A stretch of 64,000 bases of DNA, taken from NCBI GenBank assembly GCA_963818475.1, contig CAWFSF010000003.1:1-64000 (forward strand), given 5' to 3'. Every line of letters begins with the position of its first letter. The first letter of the stretch is position 1. Under the pieces are notes generated by a model. It was not told the origin of the DNA. It did not search any database and saw only the letters and a list, made by a program, of their open reading frames with translations. Both the position numbers and the translations under genes were made by a program. This DNA is from Nitrospirota bacterium. GTDB taxonomy: Bacteria; Nitrospirota; UBA9217. Positions 29,907 through 39,820 of the stretch are shown piece after piece.

Positions 29907-32900
29907 GACTCACTTGAATGTTGAACTATATTTCGATCTTCATCCGTCATTCCATATAACCCATACACAGTCTCGTCAATCTTTTCATCCGTCACTGCAA
30001 TCTCACGTTCGATCTTTTCGCGTTCTGCGGAGGGAGGCAGAGCGGCTTTCTTTTTATGGAGCTCGCGCATGCGGTCTACGAAAGAGACAAGCTTGTCGTG
30101 AATGGCTTTCTCAGACGGGTTATTGAAGTCGAGTGTGCGGATGGGCAATTTCTCAAGATATTGTGCAAAAAATCTTAGGTACCCCCCGCGATATGCAGCG
30201 AAGGAGTTTTTATAAAAGAACGTCATCAAGGCGGAATTCAGAATGCCGAGGAGGTATTTGTCATCGCTACATATAATATACGTTGTATTGGCCGAATAAT
30301 ATCTGCCATCTTGATCCAGCACAAAATTTCCTCTTACCGACATGTCCGGCAGCATTATCTTAGGCTTTTCAAATTCCTCATAATAGTCAACTGTATCCTG
30401 GATCTCAAACCATTTATATGAGCCAGGCTTACGTCCGTGCCATTCGCCACCCTTCCAATCTGCTGGTTTAGGTGTAAGTTGCTTTTTAAAGAGAAAAAGA
30501 TGCTTTTCAATTGATGGATATTTTTTGAGATCAACTCCACGTCGAGTAAAGATTAAGTAGCTATCGGCATCAGTTATCTCATAGCGTTTGATATCCCTCC
30601 CAACGAGAAACGGCTTTATAAGATCGGCACTCTTGGAGTCTTCCTTTATGAGCCGTCTTTTAGTTGCAGCATCTATGACAAAAGCTTCGTTAAGCCCTGT
30701 TTTAATGCCATACACGATTTTATCATTTACATACTTCCCTAACGGAATGCCAATACCTTGCAATCGGGTCAACAGCGCTTGGGACGCCTCGTTCACCAAT
30801 GACCACCCATCATCGTTAAGCGCGGCTTTATTAACAGTATAAGAGCTTTCGCTCACATAGTCGGCAAGGTCGTTGAATTCAAGTGTCTTTACCTGCGTAG
30901 CGGAAAACTTGTTTGCTGCGGCTCCCTTGCGGATACGGACGATGCACGGATAAGTCGTTGCCGTCTCGAATACCGGCAAATCACCGAAATCAGTGATTTC
31001 TTCAATCCGCTGTTTCTTCATCCATTTACGAAGTGACTCACCGTAATTGGCCCGCATCCACTTATTGGCAACGATATAGCTGAAGAGACCATCTTTCCTG
31101 AGCAGCGACACACCCTTCTCAATGAAGTATGCATAGAGATCGGCCGTGCCGTGATAAACCTCATAATGCTGCTGAAAGTAATCCTTGAAATCGCCGAGCA
31201 GCTCCTGCCTTACATAGGGCGGATTGCCGATGACCGCGTCGAAGCCGCCGTTCTCGATGATCTCACCGAAGCCGGCAGTCTTGGAGGTCCAGTCAAAGGG
31301 ATTGATGCGGGCTTTGTCTTCGTCTGTCCAACCCCACTTCGAAGCATCCCCCTCACCTCTGTCCTCTCCCACAGGGGGCGAGGATGGTTTTAAGTGCAGG
31401 GAAAGCGAAGGTGAGGCTTTGCCCCTCCCCTTGTGGGAGGGGTGCGGGGAGGGAGCGTCGAAGATGTCATACCCGACCAGGCTGTTGCCGCACTTGATAT
31501 TATTGCCGAGGGCCGGGAGAAGATGCTGCTTCCTCGGCAGCAGGCCGCGCTCCCCTTCGAGCGCCTTGAGGTACAGGCTCATCATCGTGACTTCCACGGC
31601 CTGGGCGTCGATGTCCACGCCGAAAAGGTTGTTTCTGAGAATATTCGCCTTCTCTTTGAGCGGCAGGGCCAGGTCGTCGGGGTTCACCTTTGTGTAGATA
31701 TCCAGAAAAAGGGTCTGGGCGTCTTTGGGGTGCTCCCGGTAGTAGCGGAGATGATAGTCGATGAGGTATTGATAGGCCCCGAGCAGGAACGAGCCCGAAC
31801 CGCAGGCCGGGTCGAGGATCTTTATCTTCTCGATCTGCTTCGGCGTCTTGCCCTCGATAAGCTTACCCACGGTGTTCCTGACGATATAATCGACAACGAA
31901 CTTCGGCGTATAGTAAACGCCGCCCGCCTTCTTTACCTCCGGCTTTTCCTCAACCTTCACGCGCTGGGGCGTGACGCGGATGGTGCTGCCGAGATAACGC
32001 TCGTAGATGCTGCCTAAAAGCTCTACGCCGATGGCGTCGAAACGGTATCTTGTCTTGGGGAAGTAGAGGTTGTCGATGATGTCCGAGAGAAGATCGGAAT
32101 CAACGTCCACGCTCTCGCATGCGTGCGGCTTGAAGATGTCGCCGTTCAGGTCGTCGTTCACCTCGCGGAAGAGGTCAACAAGCGCAGGCATCATGGACTT
32201 GCGCTTCCCCTCTTCCCTCCATTGCGCCACAATCTCCCAAAGCTCCCGCTCCGGCCTGATCTTCCGGTCTTCGGCAATGCGGATGAAAATGATGCGGTCG
32301 AGCAGCTTCTGGACCACGTCATTCAGCACATGGACGTCGAGGTCGTGATTTCGCTTGTTGATGTCCTTGGCAAGCTCCGTACGCCACCCGGTCAGGTCTT
32401 CGAGGAAAGACTTGTCCGGCGGGATTCTGAGGCGTTTGCTCTTCGGGTCCCGGGGAAGCAGCGCCTCCAGCGAACCCGCCGTAACACGCTCTTTCGAAAG
32501 CTCCCAGAGCTTCTCGATGTTGGCGAGAAAGTCCGTGTATTTGAAATTATAGAGAAGACCTTCCTGGGGATATTTCGGATTCGGTTTGAGCGAAGCGTCG
32601 AAGAGCTTGAACTGTTCAAAATCGGTGAGGATGACGAACTGGACTTCCTTGGTCGACCATGCGTAGGTTTTTGCCTGCATGATATGGTTCACATCGTCCA
32701 GCGGCACCCACGGGGCCTTGGCTTCGACGAAGAGTTTGGTGCTGCCGTTTATGCGGAAGTTGTAATCAGGGCGAAGGGATGTTTCCGGGGAAAGCTCGAC
32801 GATCACGTCGCGGTCATGGGGCGGTTTGTGGGCCTTGTTCTCGATGTCCCAGCCGAGGGCGTCGAAAAAGGGATTCAGAAAATCGATGCGTACTTGGGCT

Positions 32901-32995
32901 TCGGGATAGCCCTTCTGGAGGTAGTGGTTTTTGTCCTGTTCGAACTTCGAGACTAAGGAGCGCAGTTTTTCCCGGAATGAGTCGATATCAGCCAT
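29903..32995 (-). CDS. Type IIG restriction-modification enzyme (endonuclease + N6-adenine methyltransferase + TRD)
   Basis: RPDY...FVEAK nuclease, GGVYYTP, ILDPACGSGSFL, FDAVIGNPPYV and TaqI-like C-terminus. Confidence 0.92.
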   Translation of the reverse strand: MADIDSFREKLRSLVSKFEQDKNHYLQKGYPEAQVRIDFLNPFFDALGWDIENKAHKPPHDRDVIVELSPETSLRPDYNFRINGSTKLFVEAKAPWVPLDDVNHIMQAKTYAWSTKEVQFVILTDFEQFKLFDASLKPNPKYPQEGLLYNFKYTDFLANIEKLWELSKERVTAGSLEALLPRDPKSKRLRIPPDKSFLEDLTGWRTELAKDINKRNHDLDVHVLNDVVQKLLDRIIFIRIAEDRKIRPERELWEIVAQWREEGKRKSMMPALVDLFREVNDDLNGDIFKPHACESVDVDSDLLSDIIDNLYFPKTRYRFDAIGVELLGSIYERYLGSTIRVTPQRVKVEEKPEVKKAGGVYYTPKFVVDYIVRNTVGKLIEGKTPKQIEKIKILDPACGSGSFLLGAYQYLIDYHLRYYREHPKDAQTLFLDIYTKVNPDDLALPLKEKANILRNNLFGVDIDAQAVEVTMMSLYLKALEGERGLLPRKQHLLPALGNNIKCGNSLVGYDIFDAPSPHPSHKGRGKASPSLSLHLKPSSPPVGEDRGEGDASKWGWTDEDKARINPFDWTSKTAGFGEIIENGGFDAVIGNPPYVRQELLGDFKDYFQQHYEVYHGTADLYAYFIEKGVSLLRKDGLFSYIVANKWMRANYGESLRKWMKKQRIEEITDFGDLPVFETATTYPCIVRIRKGAAANKFSATQVKTLEFNDLADYVSESSYTVNKAALNDDGWSLVNEASQALLTRLQGIGIPLGKYVNDKIVYGIKTGLNEAFVIDAATKRRLIKEDSKSADLIKPFLVGRDIKRYEITDADSYLIFTRRGVDLKKYPSIEKHLFLFKKQLTPKPADWKGGEWHGRKPGSYKWFEIQDTVDYYEEFEKPKIMLPDMSVRGNFVLDQDGRYYSANTTYIICSDDKYLLGILNSALMTFFYKNSFAAYRGGYLRFFAQYLEKLPIRTLDFNNPSEKAIHDKLVSFVDRMRELHKKKAALPPSAEREKIEREIAVTDEKIDETVYGLYGMTDEDRNIVQHSSES
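31348..31453. repeat. GC-rich palindromic element inserted in frame in the R-M gene
   Basis: CCCCTCACCTCTGTCCTCTCCCACAGGGGGCGAGG...CCCCTCCCCTTGTGGGAGGGGTGCGGGGAGGG; same family as 2322..2370. Confidence 0.7.
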
Positions 32996-33092
32996 GGTAC
33001 CCCTTGGCGCAAAGGATAGGTTCCATCGCCGCATATCATAGCATCAAACTCCCGGATACTGAAGTTCTTTTTGATCAAGAAGCATCACAGCG

Positions 33093-33443
33093 TCATTTGG
33101 AAGAAAAGGTCTTCAGCAGATCAATCACCGCTTTTTTGGTTTTCCTGGACTTGATACGCCGGTAGAGCCGCAAAAGCTCCGTTTCATCCTTCGGCGCTTT
33201 TCCGTAAGCCGCCGGGGCTTCCGCTACGGTTTCCGTTGCTGGGAAAAAAAGCGTTATTGGCACATTGACGGCCTTGGCGATCTGCTTCAGCCTTTCCACG
33301 CTGATATTGTCGCTGCCCTTTTCGTACTTCTGCACCTGCTGATACGAAACACCGATCAGCTCAGACAGCTCCATCTGGGTCATGCCGCGCGTTTTTCTTG
33401 CTTCCTTGATCATCTGCCCGATGCGCCTGTTGTCGAATTTCAT
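33093..33443 (-). CDS. XRE-family HTH transcriptional regulator
   Basis: GMTQMELSELIGVSYQQVQKYEKG. Confidence 0.9.
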   Translation of the reverse strand: MKFDNRRIGQMIKEARKTRGMTQMELSELIGVSYQQVQKYEKGSDNISVERLKQIAKAVNVPITLFFPATETVAEAPAAYGKAPKDETELLRLYRRIKSRKTKKAVIDLLKTFSSK

Positions 33444-33558
33444 GCCTGTACTTTAGGAAAAATCGCCGCAAATGTCTATCAACCCATGGTTGTATTATTA
33501 TATTGACTGACACAACCGTGAGTGGCATAATACGGTACTTCTATCTGGGGAGGGGGAA

Positions 33559-33912
33559 ATGAAAAACACGAAGACCGTTCTTGTTATCGAGGATGCCCGG
33601 CTGCTCAGAGAACTGTTGTGCGGTTTACTGGAGGCCAACGGCTTTGAAGTGCGGGGCTGCAAAGACGGGGTGTCGGCGCTGGAGGCCGCGGCGGAAACCA
33701 CTTTCCACGTCATTATTACCGATTACCGAATGCCGAACATGAACGGCATTGAAGCGACAAAACACCTGCGCAGGCGGTTTCCCGCATCAATTATCATCGG
33801 CGTAAGCTTTGACGACATGGAAAAAGCATTTCTCGCTGCAGATGCGGATGCTTTTTTACTGAAACCATATCACCCTGAAGATATTTTGAACCTTATGACC
33901 ATGAAAAGATGA
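33559..33912 (+). CDS. Single-domain response regulator
   Basis: VLVIED, ITDYRMPNMNG and FLLKP. Confidence 0.9.
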   Translation: MKNTKTVLVIEDARLLRELLCGLLEANGFEVRGCKDGVSALEAAAETTFHVIITDYRMPNMNGIEATKHLRRRFPASIIIGVSFDDMEKAFLAADADAFLLKPYHPEDILNLMTMKR

Positions 33913-33938
33913 TGGGGTTTCTGACTTGAACGATCGGC

Positions 33939-35423
33939 TCAGGCCTTCGCCACGCGCACGAGGGTGTTGTTCTCGTTCAGGCCGTCGATGATGGCGCCGA
34001 GGCCTGCCATGTTCCGGAGGTAGTTCAAGGCGTCCTGGGAGATCTCTTCTCCCGGGACCAGGAGCGGGATGCCCGGGGGATAGACGGTCACGATCTCGGT
34101 CGAGACCCGGCCGATAGAATCGTTCACATTCACGAGCTCGCTGTCGGAATAGAAGGCGTCGCGCGGGGTCATGGCAAAGCGGTTGTCCAGCACCGGCGGG
34201 TGGACCTTGTCGAGCGGCAAGAGCGCGCCCTGCAGACCGGTCTCGGCGGAGATCACCTTGAGCGCCTCCACAAGCCGGTTCAGGTCGTCCTGGCGGTCGC
34301 CGATCGAGACGATGACGAGCACATGGAAGGGGTCGGCCATCTCGACCTGGATGCCGAAGCGGATGTTCAGCAGGTGGGAGACCTGGTAGCCCGACAATCC
34401 CAGGTCCGCCACGGTGATGGTCAGCTTGGTCACGTCCATGTCATGCATGCCTGCCTGTTTTGCCTGGTCCTTGGTGAAACAGGTGATGCCCGGTATCTTG
34501 TTGATCTCGGCGCGCGCTTCTTCGGCAAACTTGATGGTCCGGGTCAGGAGCTTTTTGCCTTCCGTGGCCATCTGCATGCGCGCCAGGTCGAGCGAGGCCA
34601 TCAGGATGTAGGAGGGGCTGGTGGTCTGAAGGAGCTTCAGGGTGTTCGTAACATCGTCCAGGTTGACCCTGCCGGCGTTCGCATGGAGCATGGACGCCTG
34701 GGTCATGCCGCCCACGATCTTGTGCGTGGACTGAACGCACATGTCCGCTCCGGCCTCTAAGGCGCATTTGGGAAGCTTGGGATGAAACTTGAGGTGCGGA
34801 CCGTGCGCCTCGTCCACGAACACCAGAAGACCCTTGTCGTGGGCGTACGAGATGATTGTTTCGATGTCCGCGCAGAGGCCGTAGTAGTTCGGACTGGTGA
34901 TCAGGAGCGCACGCGCTCCGGGATTGGCGTCAACCGCTGCTTTGACCGTTTCAAAGGTCACGTTCAGGGTAAGCTTGAGGTCGCGGTCGAATCGGGGCTG
35001 GAAGAAAATGGGAGAGGCCCCGCTCATGATCAGCCCCGTAAGCACGGACCGGTGGCAGTTCCGGGCGATCAGGACCTTGTCCCCCGGACCGGTGGTGGCA
35101 GCCACCATGGCATGGTTCCCGACCGTGGTGCCGTTCACGAGGAAAAAGGAGCGGTCAGCGCCTGCTGACTTGGCAGCCAGTTCCTGGGCTTCCTTGATGA
35201 CTCCCGTGGGGTTCTGAAGCGAATCGACCTCGTCCAGGGTAGTGAGGTCGATGGAGAAGACGCGCGGCCCCACGAATTTACGGAACCGGGTGGCAATGCC
35301 TTTGCCGCTCTTGTGCCCGGGCGTATGGAACGAGACCTTGCGGCTTTCGGCAAGGTTCACCATTGCGTCGAACAAGGGAGTGCGGAACTGCTCGTCCTCG
35401 GGTTTGTTGGGAGGGGGGGTCAT
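33939..35423 (-). CDS. Orn/Lys/Arg decarboxylase (probable arginine decarboxylase)
   Basis: SFHTPGHK, VDEAHG, QSTHK, TTSPSY and YPPGIP; in the operon with speD-speE. Confidence 0.9.
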   Translation of the reverse strand: MTPPPNKPEDEQFRTPLFDAMVNLAESRKVSFHTPGHKSGKGIATRFRKFVGPRVFSIDLTTLDEVDSLQNPTGVIKEAQELAAKSAGADRSFFLVNGTTVGNHAMVAATTGPGDKVLIARNCHRSVLTGLIMSGASPIFFQPRFDRDLKLTLNVTFETVKAAVDANPGARALLITSPNYYGLCADIETIISYAHDKGLLVFVDEAHGPHLKFHPKLPKCALEAGADMCVQSTHKIVGGMTQASMLHANAGRVNLDDVTNTLKLLQTTSPSYILMASLDLARMQMATEGKKLLTRTIKFAEEARAEINKIPGITCFTKDQAKQAGMHDMDVTKLTITVADLGLSGYQVSHLLNIRFGIQVEMADPFHVLVIVSIGDRQDDLNRLVEALKVISAETGLQGALLPLDKVHPPVLDNRFAMTPRDAFYSDSELVNVNDSIGRVSTEIVTVYPPGIPLLVPGEEISQDALNYLRNMAGLGAIIDGLNENNTLVRVAKA

Positions 35424-35575
35424 GGCGTTCTATCAGTATTGTACCCGAAGCAGGAGAAATCCGCTTCAAAAGCACAGGGAGCTGCTCCAAAAAAATGAGG
35501 CGTACAGGAGTTAGTACGCCGCAGTCAGAACTTGATCCGCAGCACCATGCTGCAGTTTGGCTTTGTGCAAAGCCG

Positions 35576-36496
35576 CTAATGATAGGTGAAGAGCGGTGCA
35601 TTATCCTCGATGATCTTCGTCTCTTCCGCCATGGCCTTGCGGATGTGCTTCGGCAGAGAGTACATCCCCTGGTTCGTGATGCCGTCGTAGTACCGGTTCT
35701 CGCCCTTGATCCGCTTTTTTATCATCTCGTCCACTTCCTGGGGAGAGAACTTCCTTGGATCGAGGTTCTTCGATGCCAGGGTGAAGCCCCAGGGAAGGCC
35801 GAAGGACGGGATCGAGACCGCATAGGGTGCGACAACGGGGAAGACCGCGTTCAGGGTCTTGTCAACCGCCGTGAAGTTCAAGAGCTGGTGCAAAGCAGTG
35901 GTGCCGGCCTGGAGCGAGATGGTGCCGTCCGGGCTTAAGCGCTCTTTCACGATCTCGTAGAACTCGCGGGTGTACAGGAGGTACGCCGGACCTTCTTCCA
36001 CAGGCTCGGAGATATCGATGATGATGACGTCGTAGGTGTCGGTCGTTTCCTCGAGATACTTGCGAGCATCCATGTACCGGAGGTCCGTCCGCGAATCGTC
36101 AAAGGCACCCTGGTGCCACTCGGGAAGCAGTTCCTTCGACTTTTCAACAACTTCCTGGTCGATGTCCACCATCATGCAGTACTCGACGCTCTTGTGGCGC
36201 AGAACTTCTCGGAGCGTTGCACCTTCGCCGCCGCCGACAATGAACACCCGCTTCGGGTTTGGATGCGTAAGCATGGCCGGATGGACCAGGCCCTCATGGT
36301 AGATGAACTCGTCGGTGACGGTGGACTGCATCTTGCCGTCGAGCACCAGGCACCGGCCATAGCTCCCGCTGTCCATGATCTCCATCTTCTGGAACTTGGT
36401 CTGGCTCGCATACTGGATCATCTTGATGCCGTGGATATGCCCCTCGTCGGGGCTCGTGTACTCAATGAACCACTTGTTGCTCTTGGGCTCTATCAT
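35576..36496 (-). CDS. speE: Polyamine aminopropyltransferase (spermidine synthase)
   Basis: LVLDG, DEFIYHE, VGGGEGATLREV and YDVIIID. Confidence 0.95.
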   Translation of the reverse strand: MIEPKSNKWFIEYTSPDEGHIHGIKMIQYASQTKFQKMEIMDSGSYGRCLVLDGKMQSTVTDEFIYHEGLVHPAMLTHPNPKRVFIVGGGEGATLREVLRHKSVEYCMMVDIDQEVVEKSKELLPEWHQGAFDDSRTDLRYMDARKYLEETTDTYDVIIIDISEPVEEGPAYLLYTREFYEIVKERLSPDGTISLQAGTTALHQLLNFTAVDKTLNAVFPVVAPYAVSIPSFGLPWGFTLASKNLDPRKFSPQEVDEMIKKRIKGENRYYDGITNQGMYSLPKHIRKAMAEETKIIEDNAPLFTYH

Positions 36497-36894
36497 GCTG
36501 AAACCAATTCTCCCTGAACAACCGGTTTATGCGGAAGCTTTTCGTTGCCGAGGATCCCCCTCTTCATTTCAACCATGGAGGGGCTCTTTGACTGGAATTT
36601 CTCGATGAGGTAGTCTGCGGCGACCCTGGGGTCGATCAGGTCTCCGCAGGTGAAGACGTCGACTGCGGCGTAGCCGTATTCCGGCCAGGTGTGGATGGCA
36701 AGATGGGATTCGGCGATGACCACCATCCCGCTGATGCCAAAGGGGCTGAACTCGTGGAAAGCGACTTCAACAATGGTCGCCTTAGCCTCAAGTGCTGCAT
36801 TTTTTAGTGTTTCCCGTACAAACTCTAGGCTGCCTAGTGTTTTGGGGTTGCAATCCTTTAATTCCAACAACAGGTGAGTTCCTAGTGCGTGCAA
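36493..36894 (-). CDS. speD: S-adenosylmethionine decarboxylase proenzyme (TTG start)
   Basis: IAESHLAIHTWPEYGYAAVDVFTCG. Confidence 0.95.
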   Translation of the reverse strand: MHALGTHLLLELKDCNPKTLGSLEFVRETLKNAALEAKATIVEVAFHEFSPFGISGMVVIAESHLAIHTWPEYGYAAVDVFTCGDLIDPRVAADYLIEKFQSKSPSMVEMKRGILGNEKLPHKPVVQGELVSA

Positions 36895-36900
36895 CCTGTT

Positions 36901-37030
36901 TACCTCCTTCTCAGCCCGCTTCGCAAGCTTCCCGAGGTCATCGGGATCTCAGCAGGACAGCCTCCCGATCTCTCGAGAGGGCTCGTTGACCAAATCCAAT
37001 CCGCCTCGACTTCTGACGGGCCCAGATACT
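36901..37030 (-). promoter_or_regulatory. Structured 5' leader of speD, candidate cis-regulatory RNA
   Basis: Nested stems GCCCG/CGGGC, CGAGG/CCTCG, ATCGGGA/TCCCGAT plus small hairpins next to the AGGAGG RBS; TTGACA promoter near 37070. Confidence 0.5.
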
Positions 37031-37569
37031 GTAAAATTTGTAATGTGATTTATCAAAATTACGCTTCTTTGTCAAGAATAAAATGGATCTCGCTTCATTT
37101 TTTTCGCGCGAGACGCGAGAACGACCCCGACACGACTCCCAGCGGAGATTTTTGACTTCGCATCGCGGTCACGGCACGGTTTTTGTCGTCGATTTTGAGG
37201 CTTCGACCGGGTGACGACCGTTCGCTTTTCTTTGCATGAGCGAGCGACGTCGCGCGAGCGTCAGAAGAGAGAGCATTTTCTCCTCTCATGAGTGCGAGAT
37301 CTCGTCTGGTGAACGCTAAAAGACCTCCTCACGAAGCCGCGCTCGACGCTCCATACACCCTTTTCCCTCCCCTGAGCTCCCGTCGACCTGTCTCGCGTCC
37401 ACCACGCCGACCATTTCATCAAAAAACACTTTACATCTGTCTTAGATAGTTTTAATATTGTGCCTTAAATCGGCGGTCAACCGCCGAAGAGCCGGATGAG
37501 CACCGGGGTTTCACCCTGACCGCTGTCGTTATTTCGGCACCTGAACTCAGTTCTGGAGGTTTTACCCGC

Positions 37570-38224
37570 ATGTCTGCCAAAAAGTTCGTTGAGATCGGCT
37601 CGGTGCTCGTCAATCCCGAGATCTTCACCCGCCCCTACACCTGCGACGTGGTCGGCTATGACTGCAAATCGCAGTGCTGCTACCGCGCCTGCATCGTGCC
37701 GGAGCACGAGGCCAAAAGGATCGAGGCGAACTTCGACGACATCCTGTCTTATCTTAGCTCAGAGAACCGGGACGTGCTCAAAAAAAACGGCACGATCCTG
37801 GCGGACTGCAAAAAACAATGCCCCAAGGGCTGCGAGATCCACGACGACGAGGCCCAGGCCATCAAGCGGGCCTTCGGAGGCAAGGAATTCCGCTGCGTCC
37901 TGATCCACAACAACATCTGCTGCCCTGCTCTACACCAACAAGGAAGGGCTCAAGTACTGCGCCGTGCATACCTATGCCATGGACAAAGGCCTGGTCTGGG
38001 AGGAGTACAAGTTCGCCGACTGTGTGCAGTATCCCCTCGCTTTCTACACCACCGGGGAAGGCAAGCAGGTGCTCTCCATCCAGGACACTCCCTATCTGGA
38101 CCACATCCCGTGCATGAAAAGCCCGAAGGGCGACCCCATGTACAAGAGCCTCAAGAAGACGATCGAGACCTACCTGGGCAAGGATTTCTACAAGGAACTG
38201 GAAGCCTACGCGAAGAAGAAGTAG
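37570..38224 (+). CDS. Cys-rich DUF3109-like protein; one frameshift near 37925
   Basis: CKSQCCYRAC...CAVHTYA...KFADCVQYPL across two frames. Confidence 0.6.
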
Positions 38225-38247
38225 CGGGATATAGCAAGTCGACTTTA

Positions 38248-38325
38248 ACCACAGAGGCACAGAGGACACAGAGAAAATCCTTTTATTTCAAGATGCCTTT
38301 CTCCGTGACTCCGTGCCTCCGTGGT
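38248..38325. repeat. Intergenic palindromic element with 9-bp periodic CACAGAG / CTCCGTG units
   Basis: ACCACAGAGGCACAGAGGACACAGAG / CTCCGTGACTCCGTGCCTCCGTGGT. Confidence 0.7.
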
Positions 38326-38367
38326 AGATAATCTTTTGTCCTTCGGTGGTTGATGTACACCTAACCT

Positions 38368-39139
38368 ATGGGAAACCTCTTCCTCAGCTTTACCATAGCC
38401 ATTTCCGGCGCGATCGGTCTCGTAGTTCTGAGTGGTGTTTTCAACCTCGAGAACTACACCAGCAAGACATTACCGCTCATTCCGATCCTCTACGCCATCG
38501 TCTACGAGGTCCTGGAACACAACAAAAAGGGCAAGGGTAAGGTCGTTCAGGCAACCCGGGAGAAGACAGAGGTGAAGGAGCGCGGAGCGCTCGCCGCCGA
38601 ACCGCTCACCTTCGGCAAAACTCGTCGCAGACGTGGGCGTCATCTTCATCATCAAGTTCTCCGTCGAGATGTTCCTCCTGGCGCTCTTCCTCCGCTTCAG
38701 CGGCCAGGCCTTCAGCGAGGCTTACGGCACGTTCTCCATCGATACCGTGGGCAAGCTCCTCCGGGGCGATCACCCCTGGCTCACGGGGAACGAAGGCATG
38801 TACCTGCTGGCTCTTATCGCGCTCATCACCTGCCTCCTCTCCGGCCTTTGGATCGGGTACACATCGAAAGGGATGGCCATCCTGGAAGGCGTGCTCGCCG
38901 GGGCCGCGGTCACCGTGATCATGGCCATGACCAACATGCTCACCCTCTACCGCAAGCTGGAAGAGGTCACGGTCCAGTTTGCCGATTCCCTGGGTTATGT
39001 GATAAGCGCGGGATTTCTGGTCGGGATCGCGCTCCAGGTGCTGCTCTACGGACTCTGGAGCGGACTGGTGCAGCGCGGGAAGAACGAACGGGCGCGGCTT
39101 GCGGCTGTTGAGAAAACAACGAAGAAATCCAAAAAGTAA
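38368..39139 (+). CDS. Multi-pass membrane protein; one frameshift near 38620
   Basis: Hydrophobic segments continue from ORF 38368 into ORF 38633..39139. Confidence 0.7.
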
Positions 39140-39234
39140 TTCTCCTCCTGGGCCTCACCGTACTGCTAGCCTGAATAAAACTGACGGCTTAACTCCTGCG
39201 GCATCTTGTTCGATGAGGGTGGGGAACACGGGTA

Positions 39235-39708
39235 TCATATACCGGCAGAATTCGTGCGTTTCTTCAGAAGCTGTCTTAACCGGACGGCATGTTCGTTCGT
39301 ATCGGACTTCAGACGCTCGATCAGGACCCGATGTTCGTGCGATTCGGCTGAAAAGTGGTCAAGGACCTTTCGTTCTATCAGGGATTCTTCGATGCTGGCC
39401 GCCAATGAAAGCGCCTTGAGAAGCGTGAGGGTGCCCTGTGTCTGGACGAAGATATTCTCCACATAGTTGACGAACGAATTCACCGTATAGGTGCGCGTCT
39501 TGTCTTCATTGAACATGAGCTGTCCCGCTTTCACCTTATCGGTGAAATATTCGATCCACTGCGCATGCTTCAGCTCTTCGTTGTGCTGTTCCATGAAAAA
39601 ATCCGCCTCCTCAGGAAACTTTATCGCGAGCCACCGGTACAATTGAGCGAGTTTGAGTTCCAGTCCTATGAACAGGGAAAGCATCGTCGTCTGGTAATCC
39701 TTGATCAT
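39235..39708 (-). CDS. Ferritin/rubrerythrin-like protein
   Basis: Four-helix pattern E..LAQLY, EELKHA, IEES and DTNEH. Confidence 0.7.
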   Translation of the reverse strand: MIKDYQTTMLSLFIGLELKLAQLYRWLAIKFPEEADFFMEQHNEELKHAQWIEYFTDKVKAGQLMFNEDKTRTYTVNSFVNYVENIFVQTQGTLTLLKALSLAASIEESLIERKVLDHFSAESHEHRVLIERLKSDTNEHAVRLRQLLKKRTNSAGI

Positions 39709-39820
39709 CTATTGTCCCCCTGTCAACGACAGCCCGCGGGGCCACTGCGGAGCTGCCGTTGAACAATTCCTCCCTGCGGCATCCCGCAGGGAGAAGCTTA
39801 CGTCTAAAATCAGGAATACC

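Noticed and set aside
37095-37420. CG-rich non-coding stretch as a hidden gene or RNA
   Set aside because: No convincing ORF, repeat period or stable long-range pairing seen by eye.
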